Source: Kiritimatiellia bacterium (GTDB lineage Bacteria > Verrucomicrobiota > Kiritimatiellia > JAAZAB01). From it: DNA of 64,000 bases. The notes under the pieces were generated by a model that was given only the letters and a program-made list of their open reading frames with translations, was not told where the DNA came from and did not search any database. Of the stretch, positions 19,031-29,217 are shown one piece after another. The position numbers were made by a program, and so were the translations under genes. Position 1 is the first letter of the stretch. Each line of letters begins with the position of its first letter. The stretch covers positions 160,001 through 224,000 of the forward strand of contig JAXGPF010000007.1 of the NCBI GenBank assembly GCA_040767085.1, written 5' to 3'.

Positions 19031-22000
19031 ATGCCAAACCGCTTCTTCGGCTCTTCCGCCCGCTCTTTATGGATTCGGGGTGCGGCGCGCTTCTGCTCTG
19101 CCGCGATGTTGCTCGCCCTGGCGCCGCCATTGGCGCAGTCCGCGGCGCCCTGCGTTGGAATTCTCTGCCACGGGGAGCGGCGGAACAATGAAGGGATTTA
19201 TCTCGCCCTGCAATCCGCGGCCGAGATCGGAGAAACGCGTTATGTGGATACGCTCGCGCCCGCCGGCCTCCAGGGCCTTGACGCGCTGATCGTGCCGCCG
19301 GCGCCGGATGGGCGCATGCTGGCCGCGGGCCGGGAAACGCTCCGGCAGTGGGTGGCGGAAGGGCATGGGGTCATGCTGCTGCACGACGCGGTCGGCTACC
19401 GGAAACACTCCGTGCTCTTCCCGGAAATCGCCAGGGGCGTCGGGAATCCGTTCAACCGCGAGACCGGGTACGGCACAGAATGCATCGTCACGATCCAGCA
19501 TCCGGCCGTCAGGGGATTCGAGCCGCCGGCCCTTGTCGAGCATGCGTACTATGACCAGGTTGTGATGGAGCGCGGGCCGGAAGGCGTTGTCCTGGCGCGC
19601 GAGGCCATCGTGCTGGACGCGGAATTGCGCGGCGGCGGTGAACCGGTCATTGTGGCCGGGACGCTGGGCAAAGGTCGGGTAGTGGCGAACGGACTGCTGG
19701 TCGGCTTTGACGAAACCGTCAAACCGAAGGCGCCGAAAGGCGCGGAACAGAAATTATTGATCGGTCTTGTACAATGGCTGGCCGGCGCAGGCGATCACCC
19801 GCAAAAAAACGATTTGGGCCCCGACGTGAAAGTGACGCGCAGCCGCGCAACGGAGGGCGGCGCGGGCGAACAGGACGTCTGGCAGAAAATCGCCGGGATT
19901 CAGAACCAGGCGCTCGAGCCCTGGTCCGGCGAATGGGGCCGGAGCGCAAAGCCGGCGCCTGCCCCGGTGGCAATCTCGCGATTCCGAACGCCGATCGAGT
20001 TCCCGGAGGCGGGGTTGCGGCCGAGCGGATACACCCCCGTTGCGGACGGCTGGGTTCGCGTCGATTTGCGGGACGAGTGGAAATGCCGGCCGATTCCGAA
20101 CAGCGAGGCCAATCCAGCGGATGACGAAGGCACGCGGCAGGCGTTCTTCCAACCGGAGCATGACGACCACGCGTGGACCAACCAGCCCGTGCCCGCGGAA
20201 AGCCGGCGCACGGACACGAAAGAGACCGGCATCATCTGGTATCGGCGTTCCGCCGTCCTGCCTCCGCTCAAGGCCGGGCAGCGCGTCCTCCTCTCCTTCA
20301 CCCGCTGCGGGATCGAAACCAAGGCGTGGGTGAACGGCAAGTACGCGGGAATGCGCGTGGGCGGCACAACTCCGTTCGAGTTCGACGTGACGGACATGGC
20401 CAGGGGCGGAGAGACAAATCTGGTCGCCCTCAGGGTCTATGACATTCGCAAGCCGAACGCCTCGTACACGCTGCCGGACGGACAGGTTTGCATGAAAAGG
20501 CCATACTACGTTTCAGCCGGCCATCTCTGGGGCGAGGCCGCCCTGACCGTCAAGCCGGAGCTCTATTCGGTCCGGACGCTGATCACTCCCCGCCTCGCGT
20601 CGTCGGAAATCGAAGTGGATGCATGGCTGTTCAATCCCGGGCCGGAGCGGAAAGTCTCCCTGGCCCTGTGCGTGGCGCCGGTTCCGCCGCCCCTGGCGAA
20701 AGGCGCGGGCGCGCCCTCGTCGGCGGCGGCCGGGTCCGTCAGCCTCGCGCCGGGCGTCCAGCGGCTGGCGTTCCGGGTTCCGATGAATCAGCCCATCCCA
20801 TGGACGACCGACAACCCGTTCCTGTACAGCCTGGAAATCCGGAACGGGCCGGACGTGCTGGCGCGCGAACGGTTCGGCTTCCGTGAATTCAGGACCGACG
20901 GCCCGCACTTCCTGCTCAACGGCAAGAAAATCAACCTGATCGCCAACGTCGTCAGCGGCGGCACGCTCGATCTGTCGCGGCGAATCGAGATTGACAACGA
21001 AGGGCTGTTCCTCAGCCGCTATCTGCTGGCCATGCAAGGGTTCAACGCCAACACGCTGTACACCATGGGCGGCCCCCACCCGCGCCAGATGTACGATCTG
21101 TGCGATGAGTTGGGTCTCCTCGTGTATGCCGACTGGAACGCCGCTGGCGCGTATTACGTGAATCCCGCGATGATCGAAGGCTGGAACCAGGGAGAGCGGG
21201 AAATGCAGGTGTGGGCGGCGGAGCTGTACAATCATCCCGCCCTGGTGATGTGGTCCCTCGGCGCGGAGTTGTTCGAACGCTACACTCCCAAGCCGTATTC
21301 CGGCTTCAACGAGCTCCTGAACCCGGCCTATGACGCCATGCAGGCGCTGGACCGGCAGGGGCGGCCGATCTGCTCTTCATCCGGCCGGGGCGTCTGGCTG
21401 GATCCGGACGCTAAAACCGACGTCAACGATTTCCACGCGTATCCGGGAAATATCGCCGGATCGTGGACCGAGGAGGCCGGAATGATTCGTTCGATCTGGT
21501 CGTACTCGCTCGGCCACAAGCCGGCCGTTCCGGTGATCCAGTTTGAGATGGACGGCGGCCGTCAATGGAACGAAGATCGGAAAGCCGTGGAAACGCTGCT
21601 CCAGGCCGAGCGCGAAAACGGCCGCATTGACCGCGCGAAGTTGATTGAATTGTTCCAGCAGAAACCGTATCGTATGGGCCTGCCCTGGATATCGTCACTC
21701 TACGGCTTTCGCCGTTATGCCGCTGAAGCCGCCCGCGGCGACGGCTGGCGCGAAGGCGCGTCCGGGCAGATTTACGTACGCAAGAACGTGGGCCAGGCGT
21801 CACGCATCGCGGGCCCCCTGCTGGCCGGGTATGCTCCCAACGCGGAGACATTCAATCTCATGGATATCACCGTCACGGGCGAGGTGTCCCAGACAACCCG
21901 CGGCTGGCTTCATACCCGCCTCGGCAAAGGCTGGGCGATCACCGACGATCTGGCGGAAAAACGATTCATCGAAGCCGAGGGATACCTGACGTGGCAGCGG

Positions 22001-23029
22001 GTCAACAACCCGACGCTGATCTGCATGGATCGTTTTGATCGCAACGTCTTCGCCGGCGGGGTCGTGACCGCCCGCGTATATGCCATCAACGACGTTGACG
22101 CCCAGTCCGCCCCCTGGACTGCGCGCTGCGTCGTGCGGGATGAAACCGGCCGGGCGCTGGACGACCGGGCAGCGGACGTCGGCCGGATCGGCGGATTCAA
22201 GCGCAGGATGCTCCCGTGGACGTATGCCGTCCCGCCGGATCTGCCGACCGGGTTTTACCGGGTGGACATGTACCTGTCCGCGGGCGAACGCATTGTTTCG
22301 GACAACTATGAATCATTCTTCGTTCTCGGTCAAGCCGATGCCATGCAACGCGTCACCCCCGCTGCCGGCCGGCGATTAGCCCTGTATGACAGCCGCGACC
22401 GGAAATACAAGACCGGGATCAGGACCAAGGACGTCCTGGATTCATTGCAGACCCCCTGCACGGAAATCACGGACTTCGCGTCGATCGCAGAATTCGACGT
22501 TCTGATTGTCGGGGCTGACAGCATGGACGAGCAGGTCCGGGCGGCGGGCGACGCCCTCAAGGACTGGATTTCCAGCGGCGGGCGGCTGCTCCAGTTCGAG
22601 CAGCACGTCGGCGGAACGATCCCTTATTGGCGCCAGCTCAGGCTGATCTCGGCCAAACCGCACATCCTCGCTGAAATCATCGAGGCGAACCATCCGGTCT
22701 TCAGGAGCATGGACTATCGCCACATGGAACTGTGGAACGATCTGCCCGACCTCCGAACGCCGGGGGAAGTGTACCGGATGCTGCTGGGGCCGCTGAATGA
22801 GGACATGCTGGCGACCGGCGCAATCGGTGTGCCGCGCGAGAGCGCGCAGAACAACCAGATGGCGGTCACGGAGACCATCATCGGCAAAGGGCGGCTGGTC
22901 ATGAGCCAGATGGAGGCGACGCAGCGCTACGGCGCCGATCCGCTGGCCTCGCGCCTGATTTGGAACCTGCTCGACTACATCCTGAGCGATTCTCTCTGGC
23001 CAGCGGCGACATCGGGGGACGCGCCATGA
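19031..23029 (+). CDS. Secreted multidomain GH2-family glycoside hydrolase with N-terminal ThuA/GATase-like domain
   Basis: Signal peptide; WYRR, WVNGK..G...GGTTPFEFDVT, W....PFLY, RFGFREF, YDLCDELGLLV, NHPALVMWSLGAE. Confidence 0.82.
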   Translation: MPNRFFGSSARSLWIRGAARFCSAAMLLALAPPLAQSAAPCVGILCHGERRNNEGIYLALQSAAEIGETRYVDTLAPAGLQGLDALIVPPAPDGRMLAAGRETLRQWVAEGHGVMLLHDAVGYRKHSVLFPEIARGVGNPFNRETGYGTECIVTIQHPAVRGFEPPALVEHAYYDQVVMERGPEGVVLAREAIVLDAELRGGGEPVIVAGTLGKGRVVANGLLVGFDETVKPKAPKGAEQKLLIGLVQWLAGAGDHPQKNDLGPDVKVTRSRATEGGAGEQDVWQKIAGIQNQALEPWSGEWGRSAKPAPAPVAISRFRTPIEFPEAGLRPSGYTPVADGWVRVDLRDEWKCRPIPNSEANPADDEGTRQAFFQPEHDDHAWTNQPVPAESRRTDTKETGIIWYRRSAVLPPLKAGQRVLLSFTRCGIETKAWVNGKYAGMRVGGTTPFEFDVTDMARGGETNLVALRVYDIRKPNASYTLPDGQVCMKRPYYVSAGHLWGEAALTVKPELYSVRTLITPRLASSEIEVDAWLFNPGPERKVSLALCVAPVPPPLAKGAGAPSSAAAGSVSLAPGVQRLAFRVPMNQPIPWTTDNPFLYSLEIRNGPDVLARERFGFREFRTDGPHFLLNGKKINLIANVVSGGTLDLSRRIEIDNEGLFLSRYLLAMQGFNANTLYTMGGPHPRQMYDLCDELGLLVYADWNAAGAYYVNPAMIEGWNQGEREMQVWAAELYNHPALVMWSLGAELFERYTPKPYSGFNELLNPAYDAMQALDRQGRPICSSSGRGVWLDPDAKTDVNDFHAYPGNIAGSWTEEAGMIRSIWSYSLGHKPAVPVIQFEMDGGRQWNEDRKAVETLLQAERENGRIDRAKLIELFQQKPYRMGLPWISSLYGFRRYAAEAARGDGWREGASGQIYVRKNVGQASRIAGPLLAGYAPNAETFNLMDITVTGEVSQTTRGWLHTRLGKGWAITDDLAEKRFIEAEGYLTWQRVNNPTLICMDRFDRNVFAGGVVTARVYAINDVDAQSAPWTARCVVRDETGRALDDRAADVGRIGGFKRRMLPWTYAVPPDLPTGFYRVDMYLSAGERIVSDNYESFFVLGQADAMQRVTPAAGRRLALYDSRDRKYKTGIRTKDVLDSLQTPCTEITDFASIAEFDVLIVGADSMDEQVRAAGDALKDWISSGGRLLQFEQHVGGTIPYWRQLRLISAKPHILAEIIEANHPVFRSMDYRHMELWNDLPDLRTPGEVYRMLLGPLNEDMLATGAIGVPRESAQNNQMAVTETIIGKGRLVMSQMEATQRYGADPLASRLIWNLLDYILSDSLWPAATSGDAP

Positions 23030-23862
23030 AATCCGAATCCTGCGCTACAAAGCACGAGTCCTCAGGCCGGCGCCGGGGTGAGGGCATCCCGGCTCCAGAT
23101 CGCGCTCCTGTAGTCAACGCGTTATACCCGCCGGGGATCGCGGCGTATAACGCCGCGGCTGCAATTTCTTCGTGTCCTTTGTACTCTTCGCGGTTTGCTC
23201 CGCTCCTGCTCCGGTGCGCTCTGCTGCTTTCCCTCTGCATGGCGGCTCAAAGCGGAGAAACGCCCCGGAACATGTGCGCTTTCATCAACATCGGCAAAGC
23301 GGCCGTGCGATCGCCAGTTGCGCAGGCGGATAAAACAGCGTTCGGATTCGGGGCCGGAATCCGCGAGATTCACGGCGTATCCTTCGATCACCGGTACGGC
23401 GGGGTTTCCCTCCGGGCCGGCGAACGGCTGACCATCACGACTGACGAATTTGTTTACGCGGGCGAAAACGGGATCGAAACCATGACCCACCACGACCTGG
23501 GCCCGCTGGTGTTTTATGCGGTCCAAACGGTGTACCTCCTGCACGGAGCGGACGGCGCTCCCGCCGGCCGCGCGATCGGCAGGATGGAATTCACCCGTGA
23601 AGATGGAACGACCGACGTCGAGGAACTCGTCCTGGGCGAAAATGTTTGCAGCGCCGAGGTCAAGGCGGAATGGGCGCAACCGGCGGAGAACGGCTTCTGC
23701 GTGGCGGCGCTGCTCAACCCGGTTCCGTACTCTGACATGATATATGAACCGGGCAGGGGGAACGGCCTGAAACAGTTGTCCATTGCGATTGTTCAGACCG
23801 GCATCGTGTATCGGGTCGCGGGGATTACCTGCCTGCTCGGCCGGCAGAAAGTCCACGATTGA
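23026..23862 (+). CDS. Putative secreted hypothetical protein with repeat-derived N-terminal extension
   Basis: ATGA overlap with the GH2 stop, hydrophobic LLLRCALLLSLCMAAQS stretch, GC3-rich body; start uncertain. Confidence 0.65.
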   Translation: MKSESCATKHESSGRRRGEGIPAPDRAPVVNALYPPGIAAYNAAAAISSCPLYSSRFAPLLLRCALLLSLCMAAQSGETPRNMCAFINIGKAAVRSPVAQADKTAFGFGAGIREIHGVSFDHRYGGVSLRAGERLTITTDEFVYAGENGIETMTHHDLGPLVFYAVQTVYLLHGADGAPAGRAIGRMEFTREDGTTDVEELVLGENVCSAEVKAEWAQPAENGFCVAALLNPVPYSDMIYEPGRGNGLKQLSIAIVQTGIVYRVAGITCLLGRQKVHD

Positions 23863-23923
23863 TCCAGGAGGAACAAGGTGGGGGCAACGTCATGCCCCCT
23901 GCCCAAGAGGAGGAGGATTAGCC

Positions 23924-25438
23924 ATGAGAAGCAGGAATGTGTCTTGCCGTATTTGTATAGGTTTGTTTGCCTGCATTTTGCACTTCTTGCAGGGCTTTAT
24001 GCCGTGCGATGGAGCGACGACGTACTATGTGGCCGGCACAAACGGGGACGACAGCGCGGACGGCACGAACTGGCCAACGGCGTTGCGCACGATCTCCAAT
24101 GCCGTCCTGAAGGCGCAGGCGGGGGACGAGGTCCGGCTGTCCACCGGCGAGCATTTCATTACCGACACATTTGTGCATGTGAAGAATGACATAACAATCC
24201 GCGGCGACACTGGAAACAGGGAAGACGTGATCGTAAACGGCAACTACCCCACCACACGAAATCGCTGTTTTTATATGACCGCCGGGACTATCGCGGATCT
24301 GACCATCACCAACGGCTACGGTCAGACCGACGCAACGTACATAACAAAATGGCATTACGGAGGCGGCGTGTACATGTTGGGCGGCACGCTTCGGAATTGC
24401 CTGATCACCGGGAATATATCCAGCAACCGGGCCGGCGGCGTGTACATGAGAGCCGACGGCGCCCTCATGACAAACTGCACTCTCTCCGGCAATTATCTCG
24501 TTTATAGCGGTGAAGGAGGCGCGGTGTACATGGAAAAGGGAAGGATAGTTGATTGCGTGATCAGCAACAACAATACCGCCGGGAATGGAGGCGGCGTTTA
24601 CCAAATGGCCGGAACGATCGAAAACAGCGATCTTGTGTGGAACACGGCAGACAAAGGCGCCGGCCTGTATCAGACAGGAGGGCTTGTGACCAATTGCCTG
24701 ATTGCGTTCAACAGCAACGTTAATGGCCTCTACCATGGCGGCGGAGGCGTTTACATGACGGCAGGCACCGTCGCGGCCTGTCGTGTTATCGGCAACAACG
24801 CGGGCGCGAACGGTCCGGGCGGAGGCATCAGCTTGCGGGCTGGAAAGGGCCAGATGGTGCATGATTGCTGGATCATCAGCAATACAGCAGCCACTTTCGG
24901 GGGCGGTGTTGCGTTGCATGCGAATACGGACGGGCAGGTCAGAAACTGCCTTATTGCGGGAAACACGGCCACCAATGGAACGGGAAGCGGCCTGGGTGGC
25001 GGAGTTTACACCGAGGTAATTACGGGCGCCGTCGTGAATTGCACGATCGTCGACAATAAGGGCGACACCGGCGGCGGGATGTACTGCAAAACGTCCGGAA
25101 ACATTCTGAACTCCGTGATCTACTTCAACACCGTGTCCAGCGAGACCAGCCCCAACTGGTTCAACAACGGATCGGGAATGCTTTATACCAATTGTTGCAC
25201 AACGCCTTTGACCGGACTGCCCGGCTCCGGCAACGTTGAGGGCGACCCGCGGTTCGCCGACCCGGCGGCAGGCAACTACCACCTTTCGGCCGGCTCTTCG
25301 TGCATCAACGCCGGGTTTTACCAGGAGTGGATGGCCACCGGCCGCGATCTGGACGGCAAACCGCGGCTGAACGCGGGCTTCGTGGACATCGGAGCGTATG
25401 AATACATCGCGAGCGGCACGATAATCAGAATAAAGTGA
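23924..25438 (+). CDS. Secreted parallel beta-helix (pectin-lyase fold) protein with choice-of-anchor-Q-like C-terminal domain
   Basis: AGGAGGAGG RBS, signal peptide, repeated GGGVY/NC.I.GN units, DPRF.D....NYHL..GS.CINAG...DLDG.PR....VDIGAYE, ends GTIIRIK. Confidence 0.88.
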   Translation: MRSRNVSCRICIGLFACILHFLQGFMPCDGATTYYVAGTNGDDSADGTNWPTALRTISNAVLKAQAGDEVRLSTGEHFITDTFVHVKNDITIRGDTGNREDVIVNGNYPTTRNRCFYMTAGTIADLTITNGYGQTDATYITKWHYGGGVYMLGGTLRNCLITGNISSNRAGGVYMRADGALMTNCTLSGNYLVYSGEGGAVYMEKGRIVDCVISNNNTAGNGGGVYQMAGTIENSDLVWNTADKGAGLYQTGGLVTNCLIAFNSNVNGLYHGGGGVYMTAGTVAACRVIGNNAGANGPGGGISLRAGKGQMVHDCWIISNTAATFGGGVALHANTDGQVRNCLIAGNTATNGTGSGLGGGVYTEVITGAVVNCTIVDNKGDTGGGMYCKTSGNILNSVIYFNTVSSETSPNWFNNGSGMLYTNCCTTPLTGLPGSGNVEGDPRFADPAAGNYHLSAGSSCINAGFYQEWMATGRDLDGKPRLNAGFVDIGAYEYIASGTIIRIK

Positions 25439-25575
25439 GTTTTGCGTAACTGAGGAGATGCCGGCCGCCGCGGCGCTGCTTGGCCTCGAAACGCTTCGGA
25501 GCGAAGGAGGCTACGCCGCGATTCCCGGCGCTGCAAAAGAGCGGCCAATGGCCGAGAAGAAAGGAACGCTGGACG

Positions 25576-26934
25576 ATGAGATTTCCGAAAAACTTCGTCT
25601 GGGGCGCGGCGGCGGCGAGCTACCAGGTTGAGGGCGCGGCGCGCGAGGACGGCAAGGGACTTTCCGTCTGGGACATGATGTGCCGCCAGCCCGGCAAAAT
25701 ATGGGAGGGCAACACGGGTGACGTCTCGTGCGATCACTACCACCATTATCGCGCCGACGCGCGGCTGATGGGCCGGTTGGGCCTCATGGCCTACCGCTTC
25801 TCCATCTCCTGGCCGCGCGTCATTCCCGGGGGCAAGGGCGCAGTGAACGCCAAGGGGCTGGATTTCTACGACCGGCTCGTGGACGCGCTCCTCGCCCACA
25901 AGGTTCAGCCGTGGGTCACGCTTTTTCACTGGGACTATCCGTACGAGCTCTTCTGCCGCGGCGGCTGGCTCAACCGGGACAGCGCTGACTGGTTTGCCGA
26001 CTATACGCGGGTCGTGGTGGAGCGGCTGGGCGATCGGGTGAAGCATTGGATGACGCAGAACGAGCCGCAATGCTACATCGGCTGCGGCCACGTCACCGGC
26101 GAGCACGCCCCCGGTCTGCGGATGGGCGTCGCGGAAATATTGAGGATGATTCATCATTCTCTGCTGGCGCACGGCCGGGCCGTGCAGGTTATTCGCGCGT
26201 GCGCCGCCGCCCGGCCGATGGTCGGCGCGGCGCCGGTGGGAATCGTGATGATCCCCGCGTCAGGAACCGGCGCCGACATCGCCGCCGCCAGGAAAGCGAT
26301 GTTCAGCGTGGGCAAGGACATCACGTGGTCCAACGCCTGGTACATCGATCCGATGATCCAGGGGCGTTACCCGGAAGACGGCATGAAGACTTTCGGACCG
26401 CGCCTGGCCGCCGTGAAATCCGGCGACATGGAAACGATTCGTCAGCCGCTCGATTTCTTCGGCTTCAATGTTTACCATGGGAACACCGTGCGCGCCTCCA
26501 GAGCGAGCCCGGCGGGATGGGAAAAGGTTGCGAGCGGGAACGGCCCCGCGCTGACGACCATGACGTGGAAAATCACGCCCGAGTGCCTCTACTGGGGTGC
26601 GCGCTTCTTCCACGAGCGCTACAAACTGCCGGTGGTCATTACGGAAAACGGCATGGCGAATTGCGACTGGGTGCATCTGGACGGCAAAGTCCACGATCCG
26701 CAGCGGATCGACTATTTGCGCAGGCACCTCCGCGAGCTTGGCCGGGCGATTCAGGACGGAGTCCCCGTGCTCGGCTACATGCAATGGTCCTTGATGGACA
26801 ACTTCGAATGGGCGCACGGCTATAAACAGCGCTTCGGCCTGATCTACGTGGACTATCAGACCGGCAAACGCATACCGAAAGAATCCGCGTTCTGGTACAG
26901 GGATGTCATCAAATCCAACGGCGTAAAGATATGA
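25576..26934 (+). CDS. GH1 beta-glucosidase
   Basis: FPKNFVWGAAAASYQVEG, YRFSISWPR, TLFHWD, NEP, ITENG, WSLMDNFEW. Confidence 0.96.
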   Translation: MRFPKNFVWGAAAASYQVEGAAREDGKGLSVWDMMCRQPGKIWEGNTGDVSCDHYHHYRADARLMGRLGLMAYRFSISWPRVIPGGKGAVNAKGLDFYDRLVDALLAHKVQPWVTLFHWDYPYELFCRGGWLNRDSADWFADYTRVVVERLGDRVKHWMTQNEPQCYIGCGHVTGEHAPGLRMGVAEILRMIHHSLLAHGRAVQVIRACAAARPMVGAAPVGIVMIPASGTGADIAAARKAMFSVGKDITWSNAWYIDPMIQGRYPEDGMKTFGPRLAAVKSGDMETIRQPLDFFGFNVYHGNTVRASRASPAGWEKVASGNGPALTTMTWKITPECLYWGARFFHERYKLPVVITENGMANCDWVHLDGKVHDPQRIDYLRRHLRELGRAIQDGVPVLGYMQWSLMDNFEWAHGYKQRFGLIYVDYQTGKRIPKESAFWYRDVIKSNGVKI

Positions 26935-26981
26935 CCTGACGCCGGTTGATCAGGTTCGGCGTCCGAACGGGAGCGCGGCAG

Positions 26982-27830
26982 ATGAAGATGAAACAAGCAA
27001 GAAGACAACGAATGAAATTCCCACGCTTTTTCAGCGCGCCGGCCTGTTCGGCCATGCTTCTATCGGCTGCGATCCTGCTCCCGCTCGCGCCATCGGCGCG
27101 GGCGGAAGATCCGAACCCGCTGCAAATCGCCGTGCTGGATGTGCAGTGGCAAACAACGCCTCTGACGAACCGCCTGGGAAAACTGAAGATCGGCTCCGAC
27201 TGTCTGACCAAGGAGGAGTTGTTTCAGGAAAAGCGCCTCTTCCTGTATGACATGTTCGTAATCCCATCCAACGGCACGCTGGACCAGGAGCAATACGATG
27301 CCGTCAAAACGTTCGTTTCGAAGGGCGGGGTGTTTGTCCCCTTCGACCTGGGCGGCACGGTCATGGACATTGATCGCAACGGGAAAGTGTCCCTGCCGCC
27401 GGACCTCATCGTCTCCTCGAAGGGAAAAATTTTTTACGAGCTTACCGGGGGCGAGCGGCTGGGGGCGCATTGGAAGATTGCCGGATTCAGCATACTGAAC
27501 GCGTGCCCCATCACCCAGGGCTTTGCCGCGGGCGAGCGGCTGGTGTTTACGAATGCGACGGGCGCGTGGGCGCAGAACTCCGCGCCGGGAACCATCGTCT
27601 GCTGCGGGGATGCGACGATCATGTCGCGTGCCGACGGCAGCGAGCGTTCCCGGCAGGGACAGGCGATTCAGGTGAAGAAGTACGGCAAAGGCGCGGGCAT
27701 TTGGATTGCCGTTGGCCTGCACAGCATTTCCGGCGAACCCGCGGATCGCCTGCTCACGAACATTTTTACCCGCAAGACGCTGGACTGGTGCCGCCGGTTG
27801 CCCGACCAGCCTGGTTTACGATCGAACTGA
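26982..27830 (+). CDS. Secreted hypothetical protein, class I glutamine amidotransferase-like fold
   Basis: Signal peptide ending ARA, YDMFVIP, FVSKGGVFV, KKYGKG; start uncertain (26982 or 27012). Confidence 0.7.
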   Translation: MKMKQARRQRMKFPRFFSAPACSAMLLSAAILLPLAPSARAEDPNPLQIAVLDVQWQTTPLTNRLGKLKIGSDCLTKEELFQEKRLFLYDMFVIPSNGTLDQEQYDAVKTFVSKGGVFVPFDLGGTVMDIDRNGKVSLPPDLIVSSKGKIFYELTGGERLGAHWKIAGFSILNACPITQGFAAGERLVFTNATGAWAQNSAPGTIVCCGDATIMSRADGSERSRQGQAIQVKKYGKGAGIWIAVGLHSISGEPADRLLTNIFTRKTLDWCRRLPDQPGLRSN

Positions 27831-28050
27831 CGCGGTCCGCAAAAGCGCTTTGGACCGCGGCAGCCGGCCCGCCTGCGCCAAGCCGACGGGAGGGCAGCGG
27901 CGTATAATGCCGCAACTACAGGGGCGGAATTTGGACTGCGGCGGCTGGACGCCGCTTTCATCCGGCGGGGCAGGAGCAGAAACCGCAGAACACCAGAAGG
28001 CGCGGAACCATGCATAGGAAGAGATTTGTAGCCGCGCCCGGCGATTGCCT
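27831..28050. repeat. Intergenic mosaic of degenerate REP-like palindromes
   Basis: CGCGGTCC..GGACCGCG hairpin, CCCGCCTGCGCCAAGCCGACGG, GCGGCGTATAATGCCGCAACTACA, TGGACTGCGGCGGCTGGACGCCGCTTT. Confidence 0.6.
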
Positions 28051-28055
28051 GCGAT

Positions 28056-29144
28056 TCAACGGCGTTTTCCCCGCGCCGGGAGGGTAAGATCGCGGACGCT
28101 ACTCCGCTCAATCAGCACGGGCGCGAACTGGCGGCGGATTCGCAGCGGGTTCCCTGCCAGCCATTCGTTTACGACCCTCGCCAGCGCGCGGCCGATGTCG
28201 GAGAGCGGCTGCCGGATTGATGTCAGCGGCACGGGCAGAAACGGATTGTATAAGCGATCGTCGTAGCCGATCAGGCTCACATCATCCGGCACGGTGATGC
28301 CGGCGTGCAGCAGTTCATCGTAAACCAATTGAGCATGCCTGTCCGTCAGCGCGGCGACCGCGGTATACGCAGGGCCCCGGCGCAGCGAATTCCGAACCAC
28401 TTGGTGCAGGCTGACCGCGCCGTCCGCCAGGGGGCGCAATTCGACGAGTTTGACGCCGCGTTGGCGCGCGGCCTGAGAGATGCCCCTGATCCGTAAAGCC
28501 ATTTCGTCGCCGGGCAAAGCGCCTTTGGCGGGCGTAGCGGGAAAGACGCCCACGCTCCGGTGTCCGTTCAGGGCGAGGTGCTCCATCATCCGCCGCCCGC
28601 CAAGCTCATTATTGGTGCAGACATACTGGCCGGCGGCTGTCACCCGATTCAACATGATGGTCCGGAATCCGTTTTTCTGCAAATCGGCAAGCACCGTATC
28701 ATCGAAAGCGCCATCCACAATGAGAAGATCCACCTTGTCACGCCGATAAACCTCGGGCGCAATGTAGTCCTGAAAATAAAAACTTGTGGCCACCGACGAG
28801 TCGACGAATTCCTTGAAGTTGTGAAAGACGGTCTCGAAGAACCAGTTGTCCCACCGCTGGATCACGAGGAGAAAGCCGACGCGCTTGGCTGCCGGCGGGA
28901 GTTGACGGGAGGTCGTGTCCGGGCGCCGGACAGCCACAAATGTTCCCCTGCCCTGTCTTCGCGTCAGCACGCCGCGTTTTTCGAGGGCCGCCAGCGCTCT
29001 GCGAACGGTGATCCGGCTCACCTCGTGACGTCCTGACAACTCCCGCTCCGAAGGAAGGCATACGTTCGGAGGATATAGCCCTGCCACGATCTCCTGGAGC
29101 AGGATGTCGATCAGCCGCTCCGTTTTACTCTCAATCCGGACCAT
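28056..29144 (-). CDS. GntR-HTH / LacI sensor-domain (AraR-like) regulator
   Basis: LPSERELS...VSRITVRRAL..L...G.L.R.QGRGTFV plus VPDDVSLIGYDD...LTSIRQP. Confidence 0.93.
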   Translation of the reverse strand: MVRIESKTERLIDILLQEIVAGLYPPNVCLPSERELSGRHEVSRITVRRALAALEKRGVLTRRQGRGTFVAVRRPDTTSRQLPPAAKRVGFLLVIQRWDNWFFETVFHNFKEFVDSSVATSFYFQDYIAPEVYRRDKVDLLIVDGAFDDTVLADLQKNGFRTIMLNRVTAAGQYVCTNNELGGRRMMEHLALNGHRSVGVFPATPAKGALPGDEMALRIRGISQAARQRGVKLVELRPLADGAVSLHQVVRNSLRRGPAYTAVAALTDRHAQLVYDELLHAGITVPDDVSLIGYDDRLYNPFLPVPLTSIRQPLSDIGRALARVVNEWLAGNPLRIRRQFAPVLIERSSVRDLTLPARGKRR

Positions 29145-29217
29145 GATTCTCCTTCAATGCTGCTCTGGTGTCATCATAATTCCAGTCAAGCGCAACCATG
29201 TTGACGAAGCGGCGGGG

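Noticed and set aside
24300-25100. Repeated GGCGGCG(G/T) units in beta-helix genes (also 57850-58750)
   Set aside because: Explained by GGGVY protein repeats
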